Positions 1 through 8,156 of a stretch of 48,975 nt of DNA are shown here, in pieces. The DNA comes from Cyanobacteria bacterium P01_A01_bin.123 (GTDB lineage: Bacteria; Cyanobacteriota; Cyanobacteriia; Phormidesmidales; Phormidesmidaceae), in the NCBI GenBank assembly GCA_039815185.1, contig JBCBZT010000056.1, positions 1 through 48,975 on the forward strand, given 5' to 3'. The notes under the pieces were generated by a model, which was not told where the DNA came from, made no database searches, and saw nothing but the letters and a program-made list of their open reading frames with translations. The stretch's first letter is position 1, and each line of letters starts with the position of its first letter. The position numbers were made by a program, and so were the translations under genes.

Positions 1-408
1 CATCTTCGTTGTCTAGTTTAAGTGCTTGATTGAAATCTTTTATTGCGTCCTCATATCGCTCCATTAAACGATAGGTGACGCCTCGCTGAGCGATCGTCCA
101 ATCATCTTCGTTGTCTAGTTTAAGTGCTTGATTGAAATCTTTTATTGCGTCCTCATATCGCTCCATTAAACGATAGGTGACGCCTCGCTGAGCGATTGCC
201 AAATCATCTTCACTATCTAGTTTAAGTGCTTGATTGAAATCTTTTATTGCGTCCTCATATCGCTCCATTAAACGATATACAATGCCCCTCTGAGCGATCG
301 CAAAATCATACTTGTTATCTAGTTGAATTGCCTGATTAAAGTCTTTTATTGCATCCTCATATCGCTCCATAAGACGATAGGAAACGCCTCGCTGAGCAAC
401 ACACCAGC
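1..408 (-). repeat. Four near-identical 102-bp tandem repeats encoding TPR units
   Basis: Units start at 1, 103, 205 and 307; each encodes IAQRGVTYRLMERYEDAIKDFNQALKLD-like TPRs. The array probably continues left of the window. Confidence 0.95.
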
Positions 409-2155
409 TATATCCTGGCTCTATCTCGCAAGCTTTAGTTTGGTCTGCAATTGCTTCATCTAAATTTCCTATATTTCTGTATGCCAAACTACGATAGATA
501 TATGCCCTTGCATTGTTTTGGTTCAGGCTTATGGCTTTCGTGTAGTAAATAATTGAATCTCTGAATTTCTTTTCTGATACAGCTTTTCTTCCTCTCTCTA
601 TCAAAGCATTAGAAAAAAGATAGTTGCCTTGGCTAGTGTTTTCACCTAGCTCGATCTTTAGCAAGATGCGATCCACTGGCCAATTGAAAAGACCATCTGT
701 CAACCAACTCATCGCTCTCTTCCAGGCAGGAGAATTATAGAACTCCCAGTATTTCTTCGGGGGTTTAAAGTTCGCAGTTCTCCTTGATATATTTTTCCAA
801 GCACTTGTATTGAAGATCAAATCTAAAGCTTCTATAAGCTTTAGGGGAAAAATATCGAACCAACTAGCTTCAAAATTCCTTACAAAATCTCCAAGTTTTA
901 CTCTCGCTTGATCATTATCTTTTAGTAGCGGTAGTATCAAAGGCTCTGGAATAGTAAATAATCCTTCTGTCTCAACGATGTCAAATTTTGCCCATTGATT
1001 AGTTGCATCGCTCAAAAGCTGAAAGAATTTCTGCCGCTGCTTTTGATATTTAGATAAATAATAAGAATATTGTCTGATACTAGAAGAACGAGGAGTTACT
1101 CCTGCTGAAATAAAGGTGACAATGCTCTCTAGCAATAATTCTGCTGTAGGTTCTGAACTAATAATATTTCGCCGTTGCTCAGCCCAAGCTTCTTCTTCAC
1201 TCTGACTCAAAAGTTTTTCAATAAGTGCTTGATCGAGCTCAGTTTCCCGTGAGGCTTGCTGGAGGGTAAAAACAAGACTGTATGGTCTACCATCTGTTTC
1301 ATTAGCAAGCTTGGCTACCGCATCAGGTGTAATATTGAAGTCTAAAATTTTCTTCGCTGTCTGCACTAGCTCTTGACGTTGATTAATAGTCAAAGCCTCC
1401 ATTCCAAGAAGATGGAAATCATGCGCTATTAACCAGTTCCTAACTGAATCCGTTAGGCGCTCTTTCTGTATTGTAATAAGGTAATAAGTGTCAGACCGAA
1501 GTCTCGTAATTGTTTCTAGGCATTGAGATAATCTTTCAAGGCGCTCTACTTCGGGTCGCAGCCCTAGCTCATCAACAAAAAATAACGTTTTCTCCCGATC
1601 ATCTATCTGAAATGCGACAGCTTCTGAAAGCGATTCCTCGCTTATAAGATCTAATGCAGAAGTCGGTTCGTAAATCGCAGAGACAACACCATCTTCGGTT
1701 GCCATCCGAATAATCTCTGCGGCTTCGCGGGTTTTGCCAGATTTCATCCAACCGACAATTGCAACTCGCCCGTGCTCTCGAAGCAACCCTGGGTTTGCAA
1801 TATCCCGATCAATCCAAGGGATCTTGCCGCTTCTACCCAAACGGGCGATCAGCGTTTCATACTTGACTCTGCGAATCGGTTTGCTGTCTACTAAGCTTCG
1901 TTTATCTGTCGTGCTTTCCTCTTGGGTTAATTTACGAATAGGTATTACAACATTAGTGATCGCAGTACCCAGTAATGTAAGCAGTGCGCCTAACCCAGTC
2001 ATGATCAGTAAGACCTTATCAAACCACGTAGGAAAGAGAGTCGGGACTAACTGATGTAAAGACCAAATGACAAATCCAAATATCAGAACTATGACACCAA
2101 CACCGATCAGAACCCTAAATGGTTTTCTGTGACTACGCTTCTGATGCTTGGCCAT
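2..2155 (-). CDS. 2TM + STAND-class P-loop NTPase + TPR-repeat protein (C-terminus outside window, >718 aa)
   Basis: Manually translated: stop-free from ATG 2155 (AAGGA upstream) to the window edge. Two hydrophobic N-terminal helices; Walker A GWMKSGKT (1730-1753); Walker B LFFVDE (1568-1585); STAND-type GxP motif ETDGRPYSL (~1283-1291); 34-aa TPRs from ~620 to 1. Confidence 0.88.
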   Translation of the reverse strand, partial: MAKHQKRSHRKPFRVLIGVGVIVLIFGFVIWSLHQLVPTLFPTWFDKVLLIMTGLGALLTLLGTAITNVVIPIRKLTQEESTTDKRSLVDSKPIRRVKYETLIARLGRSGKIPWIDRDIANPGLLREHGRVAIVGWMKSGKTREAAEIIRMATEDGVVSAIYEPTSALDLISEESLSEAVAFQIDDREKTLFFVDELGLRPEVERLERLSQCLETITRLRSDTYYLITIQKERLTDSVRNWLIAHDFHLLGMEALTINQRQELVQTAKKILDFNITPDAVAKLANETDGRPYSLVFTLQQASRETELDQALIEKLLSQSEEEAWAEQRRNIISSEPTAELLLESIVTFISAGVTPRSSSIRQYSYYLSKYQKQRQKFFQLLSDATNQWAKFDIVETEGLFTIPEPLILPLLKDNDQARVKLGDFVRNFEASWFDIFPLKLIEALDLIFNTSAWKNISRRTANFKPPKKYWEFYNSPAWKRAMSWLTDGLFNWPVDRILLKIELGENTSQGNYLFSNALIERGRKAVSEKKFRDSIIYYTKAISLNQNNARAYIYRSLAYRNIGNLDEAIADQTKACEIEPGYSWCVAQRGVSYRLMERYEDAIKDFNQAIQLDNKYDFAIAQRGIVYRLMERYEDAIKDFNQALKLDSEDDLAIAQRGVTYRLMERYEDAIKDFNQALKLDNEDDWTIAQRGVTYRLMERYEDAIKDFNQALKLDNED

Positions 2156-2406
2156 CGCTCAATCCTTGGGCATTCATGGATAGTTTTATCAATTTTGCCC
2201 TCACATCACCAAAATAATCTCCTCAAACTTACAAGAAGTTTTTATTGAAGAGAGAAGCTACAGTGGAGCTTACTCTTGGCAAAGGATTGGAGCAATCACC
2301 TTGATCTCCCAGCAACGGTAAAAGACAAAGTTTTTGCATTCGGGTTCGGTCTAGAATTACGGACTAGCAGCAGATCTTCGCGTGGGAACGCGGAAATAGG
2401 TTGAAT

Positions 2407-2855
2407 TTAAGCTGGGTGAGTCTCATCAATATGGGGAACGTCTTCAATTGATGTTGTAGAATCAGTCACGATCGCGCCATCTCCATTTCCCGTTGCTTCC
2501 GGTTCAGCTACGGCTTGTCCCGCCAAACCTCGTACCTGGTTAATCAGCGTACCGAGCTTGCCTTCTTCCAACAGAGAATTGATCAATGCCAGACCACTGG
2601 TGGACAGCATCAGCTTATTAATATCGCCAATACCAGAGCCATTACCGTTACCGTTGCCCCCTGGGAAAGCATAAACGCGGGCATCGCCCAAGACTCCGGG
2701 CTGGGGCGCGAGGGATTCCACAATGCTGGGCAGTTGGGGAATCAGTTCGAGCCAGAGTTCGCGGATCACGTCGGCGGTGAGGTTACGTTGCTAATGGCGT
2801 TGCGGGCCTGGACTTGGGCTTCAATACCTTCGGCTTCGGCCAAGACGCGATCGCG
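2407..2855 (-). pseudogene. Orphan 3' fragment of the flotillin (yqiK-like) gene with an alternative C-terminal tail
   Basis: 2507-2855 aligns to 4311-4660 with about 26 substitutions (hand count) and a 1-bp deletion near 2785. It has no 5' part; homology stops at a HIP1 site. Confidence 0.9.
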
Positions 2856-2939
2856 CTAAATATTAGGGTCAGGACATCGGTGGTGCGATCGCACTAGATC
2901 ACCAGATTAAGCAATGCAACCTATAGAAAAAAACCATAG

Positions 2940-2983
2940 TTTGAATGCAGGGCTTCTATCTTTTGAATGCAGGACTTCTATCT
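2940..2983. repeat. 22-bp tandem duplication upstream of ybdK-like gene
   Basis: TTTGAATGCAGGGCTTCTATCT / TTTGAATGCAGGACTTCTATCT, one mismatch. Confidence 0.85.
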
Positions 2984-3064
2984 TTAGAGAGTTAGCCGTT
3001 TCTAGCAGAGGTAGTATCCTGGGGCATAAACCCTTGCAATAACTCTCTATGAGGCTCTGGAGTC

Positions 3065-4180
3065 ATGTCAGCAGCATTCACCATCGGCGTTGAGGAAGAG
3101 TATCAAATCATTAACCCGGAGACGCGAGCATTAATGGGCCTCTCGAATTCGCTGATCGAAAGTAATCAACAGGCTCATACGACCCAGGCTGTGGTTCATG
3201 AGTTGTATTGCTGTCAGGTCGAAATCGCCACCGATATTTGCCAAACCCTTGATGATGTGCGCCAAGCGTTAGTGCAGGCACGCACCGTTGTCACCGCTGC
3301 TGCCCAGAAAAATGGGGTGGCAATCGCCGCGGCTGGTACCCACCCCTTCTCAGACTGGCATGACCAGGCCGTCACGCCCAAAGATCGCTACTACGCACTA
3401 CAAGATGATCTCAAGCGTATTGTCCGCGAGCTGATCATTTTTGGCTGCCATGTCCATGTCGGTATTGACGATCGGGAAATGGCTGTTCAGGTGGTTAACC
3501 GGGCTCGTGTTTGGCTACCGACGCTGCTGGCGCTAACGGCAAATTCACCCTTTTGGTTGGGCGAAGATACGGGGTACGACAGCTATCGCATGGAAATGTG
3601 GTGCCGCCTGCCGACCGCCGGGCCGCCACCTGTCTTTCAAGACTATGCCGACTACCAATCTTTCATTCAGCGACTGATTGATATTGGTATCACTGATGAC
3701 CCGACTAAGATTTACTGGGACATTCGCTTGTCTGAGCGTTATCCCACGGTTGAATTTCGCATGGCCGATGTGTGTACCAGCATTGACGAAGCCGTCATGT
3801 TAGCGGGTTTGATTCGCGCTTTGGCCCATACCTGCTATCAGGATGCCCACACTGACCAGCCATTTACAGCTGCCCGAGCTGAGCTCCTCAAGGCAGCGAT
3901 GTGGCAATCGGCCCGTCATGGGCTACAGGGTGATTTAATCGATTTCACGACCTTGCAGTCTGTCCCTGCTAAGGACCGGGTGCGATCGCTGCTTGACTAT
4001 ATCAAACCTGCATTGGAGCACTACGGTGATTGGGATGTTGTGAGTCAGCAGGTGAGCGACATTTTCATGCACGGCAATAGCGCTCAGCGGCAGCGGCAAA
4101 TCTACGAGGAAACGGGCCGTTACGAAGCTGTTGTTGACTATCTCATTGAACAGGGTGCGGCAACGCTAGCGATGGCATAG
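3065..4180 (+). CDS. ybdK: Carboxylate-amine ligase / glutamate-cysteine ligase, GCS2 (YbdK) family
   Basis: FTIGVEEEYQII, GTHPF, IFGCHVHVG, ANSPFW and YWDIR..YPTVEFR motifs; 371 aa. Confidence 0.88.
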   Translation: MSAAFTIGVEEEYQIINPETRALMGLSNSLIESNQQAHTTQAVVHELYCCQVEIATDICQTLDDVRQALVQARTVVTAAAQKNGVAIAAAGTHPFSDWHDQAVTPKDRYYALQDDLKRIVRELIIFGCHVHVGIDDREMAVQVVNRARVWLPTLLALTANSPFWLGEDTGYDSYRMEMWCRLPTAGPPPVFQDYADYQSFIQRLIDIGITDDPTKIYWDIRLSERYPTVEFRMADVCTSIDEAVMLAGLIRALAHTCYQDAHTDQPFTAARAELLKAAMWQSARHGLQGDLIDFTTLQSVPAKDRVRSLLDYIKPALEHYGDWDVVSQQVSDIFMHGNSAQRQRQIYEETGRYEAVVDYLIEQGAATLAMA

Positions 4181-4201
4181 AGCGATTGTTGAATGCAAAC
4201 A

Positions 4202-6190
4202 TTAAGCTGAATCAGAATCCTCAAAGGATGTAGGTGCATTAAGCGTATCGACCTCATGGCTCCCATTTTCGATGGGGGTTTCTACTGGCGTTGTTGAGGG
4301 TTCCGAAGCCGCTACAGCTTGTCCCGCCAAACCCCGTACCTGGTTGATCAGCGTACCGAGCTTGCCTTCTTCCAGGAGTGAATTGATCAACGCCAGACCG
4401 CTGGTAGACAGCATCAGCTTATTAATATCGCCAATACCAGAGCCATTCCCGTTACCGTTGCCCCCTGGGAAGGCGTAGACGCGGGCATCACCCAACACGC
4501 CGGGTTGGGGTGCGAGGGATTCCACAATGCTGGGCAGTTGGGGAATCAATTCGGGCCAGAGTTCGCGGATCACGTCGGCGGTGAGGTTGGCGTTACTAAT
4601 GGCATTGCGGGCCTGGACTTGGGCTTCGATGCCTTCGGCTTCGGCCAAGGCGCGATCGCGTTCAGCATCTGCCAGTGTCCGAATTGATTCAGCTTCCAGT
4701 TCTGCCGCTTGACGGGCGATTTCGGCTTGGCGGCGACGGCGGAACACATCAATTTCCACCACGTTTTGGTCGGCGATCCGGCGTTCGTCGGCTTCCCGTT
4801 CAGCAGCGATGGTCGCCAAGCGTCTTTGTCGTTCAGCCACTTCGAGTTCGGTAGCGGTTTGTACCCCGGCTTGAGCCTGGGCCCGTTCAGCTTCGGCCAG
4901 TAAGCTGTCGCGTTTTTTGTTGGCGATCGCGATCGCGGCGGTTTCTTGAGCGGTGCGAGCATCTTGCTCAGCTTGGGCTACTTCAATTTGGGAGGTGAGT
5001 CGAGCCGCTTCTACAGACTTGATGCGGTTAATTTCGGCCACTTCGGCTTCTTGCTGTTGCAGAGTTTGGGTGACTTTAAGCTGTTTTTGCCGTTCTTCCA
5101 GGGCGATGTCGGCTTCAATTTGACTTTGCTGCACGCTGAGTTTACGGGCAATTTCTTCTTCTTCTACCGCTTTTTCTTGCAAAATCTTGGTGCGCTGGGC
5201 AGCAGCGGCTTCCCGGTCTTGAGATTCTTGGATTTCCCGCTGACGTTGAGCTTGGTCGGCTTGGATTTTAAGCTGTTGGGCTTGGTTGGCCTCTTCTTTT
5301 TCTTGGGCGATGGTCAGCGATCGCTTTTCGGCATCCAGCTCTTTTTGTTCAATAGCGACCTGGGTGGCCAGTTCCACTTCCCGCTTTTGCTGAATGGATC
5401 GTTGGATCGTTTCAGTCCGCAGCCGTACCCCTTGAGCGTCGAAAAAGTTGTTGGTATCGTAAGTATCGCTTTCTTCCACCTCTGAGATGGCGATATTGTT
5501 CAACGTCAAGCCGACCTTCTTCAAATCCGGTTCGATCAGGTTGAGCACCTCCTGGGCAAAGCCCAGCTTGTCAGAATCAATGTCCGCCAACTTCTTGGTT
5601 TTAGCCGCGGCTCGAATAGCGTCGTCGGCCCGTTTTTCTAGGGCATTTTTAATATCGCTGGGGGTGATTTTGCCCTGATTTGAAAGCCGCGCCGCTGAGG
5701 TGAGGACATCTTCTTGGGAGGCGGTGATGCAGACATAAAAGGTCACCCGCATATCGGCTCGCAGGTAGTCTTGAGTCCGCACTGCCAGTTTGCCCGTACG
5801 TTCGACGTCGATAGACATTTCCCGCAGGGGGACTCGCGTCAGTTCGTGGAATCCAGGTAACACCACGCAGCCGCCGTTGAGAATCACCGCTTTTTTCTTA
5901 TTGATAATCCCGCCGGTTCGGACAAAAGCTTCGTTGTTAGGCGCAATTACATAGACCCGCGTATAGGACCAAATGGCAATTAACACCAGCACAATAAAAA
6001 ACACGATCGCCCCAGCAAAGGTGGTGATGTTACCCCCCGGCAACTGGGCAATGGGGAGGGCGGCGGGCTGAATCTCACTCACCAGCACAGAGGACGAGCC
6101 TTGAGCCTCTAGACGGGTATTGGCGGGCTTAGTTGTTTCTAGTGAGGATAAGGGGGGTAGGGTTTGGATCAGTTCAAGCCAAAAACGCAT
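4202..6190 (-). CDS. Flotillin / SPFH-domain protein (YqiK-like)
   Basis: TM helix, SPFH domain (VRTG...T.D.LRADMRVTFYV), long EA/Q-rich coiled coil, flotillin-type C-terminus. Start moved to MRFWLEL (6190) because the upstream extension is low-complexity DNA. Confidence 0.88.
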   Translation of the reverse strand: MRFWLELIQTLPPLSSLETTKPANTRLEAQGSSSVLVSEIQPAALPIAQLPGGNITTFAGAIVFFIVLVLIAIWSYTRVYVIAPNNEAFVRTGGIINKKKAVILNGGCVVLPGFHELTRVPLREMSIDVERTGKLAVRTQDYLRADMRVTFYVCITASQEDVLTSAARLSNQGKITPSDIKNALEKRADDAIRAAAKTKKLADIDSDKLGFAQEVLNLIEPDLKKVGLTLNNIAISEVEESDTYDTNNFFDAQGVRLRTETIQRSIQQKREVELATQVAIEQKELDAEKRSLTIAQEKEEANQAQQLKIQADQAQRQREIQESQDREAAAAQRTKILQEKAVEEEEIARKLSVQQSQIEADIALEERQKQLKVTQTLQQQEAEVAEINRIKSVEAARLTSQIEVAQAEQDARTAQETAAIAIANKKRDSLLAEAERAQAQAGVQTATELEVAERQRRLATIAAEREADERRIADQNVVEIDVFRRRRQAEIARQAAELEAESIRTLADAERDRALAEAEGIEAQVQARNAISNANLTADVIRELWPELIPQLPSIVESLAPQPGVLGDARVYAFPGGNGNGNGSGIGDINKLMLSTSGLALINSLLEEGKLGTLINQVRGLAGQAVAASEPSTTPVETPIENGSHEVDTLNAPTSFEDSDSA

Positions 6191-6204
6191 GGAGGTCACC
6201 ATTG

Positions 6205-6330
6205 GGAAGTAGAGGAGAGTGGGGAATGGGGAGAGGGAGGGACTGACTGGGTGGAGGGTAATCGAAACTGTAGAATCAATCACCAATCCATATCATCTGC
6301 CAAAATCTAAAATCCAAATCTACAATTCAA
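6205..6330. repeat. Degenerate short-tandem (STRR-like heptamer) intergenic DNA
   Basis: GGGGAATGGGGAGAGGG and CAAAATCTAAAATCCAAATC tracts resemble cyanobacterial heptamer repeats. Confidence 0.4.
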
Positions 6331-6336
6331 ACTGGA

Positions 6337-7125
6337 CTAGGCATTATCTGTCGGCTCTATCGGTTTGGGTAACTGATTTTCTGGCAGGATTTTAAGCGGC
6401 GGGGATTGGTTGAGCCAGCGATTTTGGTCAGGGCTGTCTTTGGCGATCACAGTGTAGGCATTGTTTTTGCGTTCGATCACCAAAACTTCAGCCCCGCGCC
6501 GTAGAGAAATCTCCGCCCAGCGGGGCACAACCGCGCTGACGGTAACCAAATTTTTGGCAGCATCAAACACATCTACCTGGCCGATTTTGCCAGAATCTTC
6601 GAAGGGAATGGAGGCCGAGACGACGCGGCCCATACAGCCAATAATGCGATCGCTGCTGGCATCTTCGGTAAAAGAGGCAAACACGCGACCAATGGGGCGA
6701 GAAATTTGACCGCCAATAAAGAGTGCGATCGTCAGCGAAACCAAAAACACCCCTAGGTCAATGCCAGGAATAAAGAGTAGTGGCGCGATCGCCACATTCA
6801 ACATCCAGCCCAGCAGACCCCACAGGCACAAATCTAGGGCAATCAGCAAAATCAGCGGGGCTTTGCCTATCCCAAACCAGCCTAAGAGAGTGACCGGGTT
6901 GAAGCTTTCACCGCCGTCCACATCAGCGTCAGCGTCAGCATCAAAATCGACTAAAGTGTTGCCGATATCGACTTCCATATCAATATCAGCGTCAAGATCA
7001 ACATCGGTATCAATGTCGGCATCTACATCATCATCACCACCGCCGGAAACAATCACGAAGCCGAATAGCAACGTTCCTGCCCCAAGCAAAATCCAGTAGG
7101 GCAAATTGGCTAAGTCAAACAGCAT
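6337..7125 (-). CDS. YqiJ/DUF1449-like (NfeD-type) membrane protein with OB-fold, flotillin partner
   Basis: ANLPY N-terminus, DxDxD acidic stretch, LGWFGIGKAPL motif, C-terminal IGCMGRVVS..GQV OB-like region; directly upstream of the flotillin. Confidence 0.8.
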   Translation of the reverse strand: MLFDLANLPYWILLGAGTLLFGFVIVSGGGDDDVDADIDTDVDLDADIDMEVDIGNTLVDFDADADADVDGGESFNPVTLLGWFGIGKAPLILLIALDLCLWGLLGWMLNVAIAPLLFIPGIDLGVFLVSLTIALFIGGQISRPIGRVFASFTEDASSDRIIGCMGRVVSASIPFEDSGKIGQVDVFDAAKNLVTVSAVVPRWAEISLRRGAEVLVIERKNNAYTVIAKDSPDQNRWLNQSPPLKILPENQLPKPIEPTDNA

Positions 7126-7163
7126 TTCGATTTCTTACCAAATCAAGCTCGATGCCCTATTCG

Positions 7164-7270
7164 TTATAGCGGTAGCCACAAAGTTTTGTGCGTTACCGCG
7201 AGCCAGATTGCTTGTGGACTCAGCATCCTGGCGATACTTGGTACATTAAGCAATCTGGCCAGTGCTATAA
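7164..7270 (-). repeat. Structured dispersed repeat, copy 1 (TTATAGC...GCTATAA)
   Basis: Terminal inverted repeat enclosing two hairpins (GCGGTAG..TTACCGC and GCCAGATTGCTT..AAGCAATCTGGC); homologous to 10604-10709 and 45464-45570. Confidence 0.9.
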
Positions 7271-7378
7271 AAGCCGGCTCAAGCCTAACCTAGAATTCAC
7301 GTTATCCTGTTGGGATTACGGTAGGTTGACAAGTTTTGTAATTAATTCTCAGAGAAGTATGCCCTTGATAGATCGCCC

Positions 7379-7663
7379 TCACTGGCAATTCTCGTCTCGG
7401 GTGACGCTTTGACTGCTCAAGATTTCAGTCGGTACGGGAAAGGCACCACTGCGGAGTTGGAGGGCGAGGTCGCTGGCTGCTTCAGCCGTAAAGTTGCCGC
7501 TAATCACTGCGGCTCCGCCAGTAATTCCGGTTTCGGCGTAGCTGACATCGATTGTCGGGGCGCTAATTAATACGTCATCGATAAACACACCAAGGGTTCG
7601 ACCAGTTCCCGCGAGCTGTTGAGTCAAGTCGGCAAAGGCTTGTGAGCCTTGATCATCAAAGAT
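7379..7663 (-). pseudogene. Truncated SecD/SecDF P1-head-like fragment
   Basis: In-frame FDDQGSQAFADLTQQLAGTGRTLGVFIDDVLISAPTI...AVISGNFT.EAASDLALQLRSGAFPVP resembles the SecD periplasmic region. An in-frame TGA lies immediately upstream; no TM segments. Confidence 0.7.
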
Positions 7664-7731
7664 TCAACATGGTTGTCCCAGGCCATTGCCTTTTTGATAA
7701 CGGTGTCTAATTGATGGCGGTGTCTAACTCA

Positions 7732-7947
7732 CTAACCTTGGACAACTTCGATAATCAGGGGTTTTTTGTTTTGGATATACGATGTCACCGCGGCACGTTC
7801 TTCTGCACTCAGGCAAACTCGGTCTCTGAGTTTATCGATCAAACGCTTAGTCAGTACCTCATCCGAGAGTCCAGCGACGGTGTCTGGAGAGATCTCTAAA
7901 ACGGCAGACCAGAGCAACCGCAGAATTCCGGTATCCATAGTATCCAT
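7732..7947 (-). CDS. Small conserved-type cyanobacterial hypothetical protein
   Basis: 71 aa; the LRLLWSAV...LSDE.L...YIQ.K.PLI pattern resembles a small cyanobacterial family (from recall, unverified). Confidence 0.6.
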   Translation of the reverse strand: MDTMDTGILRLLWSAVLEISPDTVAGLSDEVLTKRLIDKLRDRVCLSAEERAAVTSYIQNKKPLIIEVVQG

Positions 7948-8156
7948 CCTGGTTCAATTAAGGGAAGCGGTAAATTTCGAGCTGATAATCGTGCGCTCTG
8001 TTGTGTTTTCTTGGATTTTATATTTTCTTTAGATTTAGATCTCCCTTAACCTACTCTTCCTCCAGGATGCTTGCAAGTTAAACGTCAAGAAGTGTGAAAC
8101 GGTGTAAAGAAAAAGACCCCTGTCTTCTACTGACAACCAGATTCCCGGGACGTCGA

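Noticed and set aside
1..408. Tandem repeats as a CRISPR array
   Set aside because: 102-bp in-frame units without unique spacers; they encode TPRs.
1734..2054. 106-aa plus-strand ORF
   Set aside because: Antisense shadow of the STAND-TPR gene.
6191..6286. N-terminal extension of the flotillin ORF
   Set aside because: Translates low-complexity intergenic repeats; the ATG at 6190 or 6202 is more plausible.
7164..7270. Repeat as an integron attC site or IscB omega/HEARO RNA
   Set aside because: No RYYYAAC/GTTRRRY core pair in the expected arrangement, no integrase or IscB/TnpB in the window, and only a short TTGACCAGA resemblance in one copy.
7188..7412. Similar small ORFs (7188-7412, 10628-10819, 45338-45562) as a peptide family
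   Set aside because: Similarity is confined to the repeat element; changes are mostly non-synonymous and the starts and ends differ.
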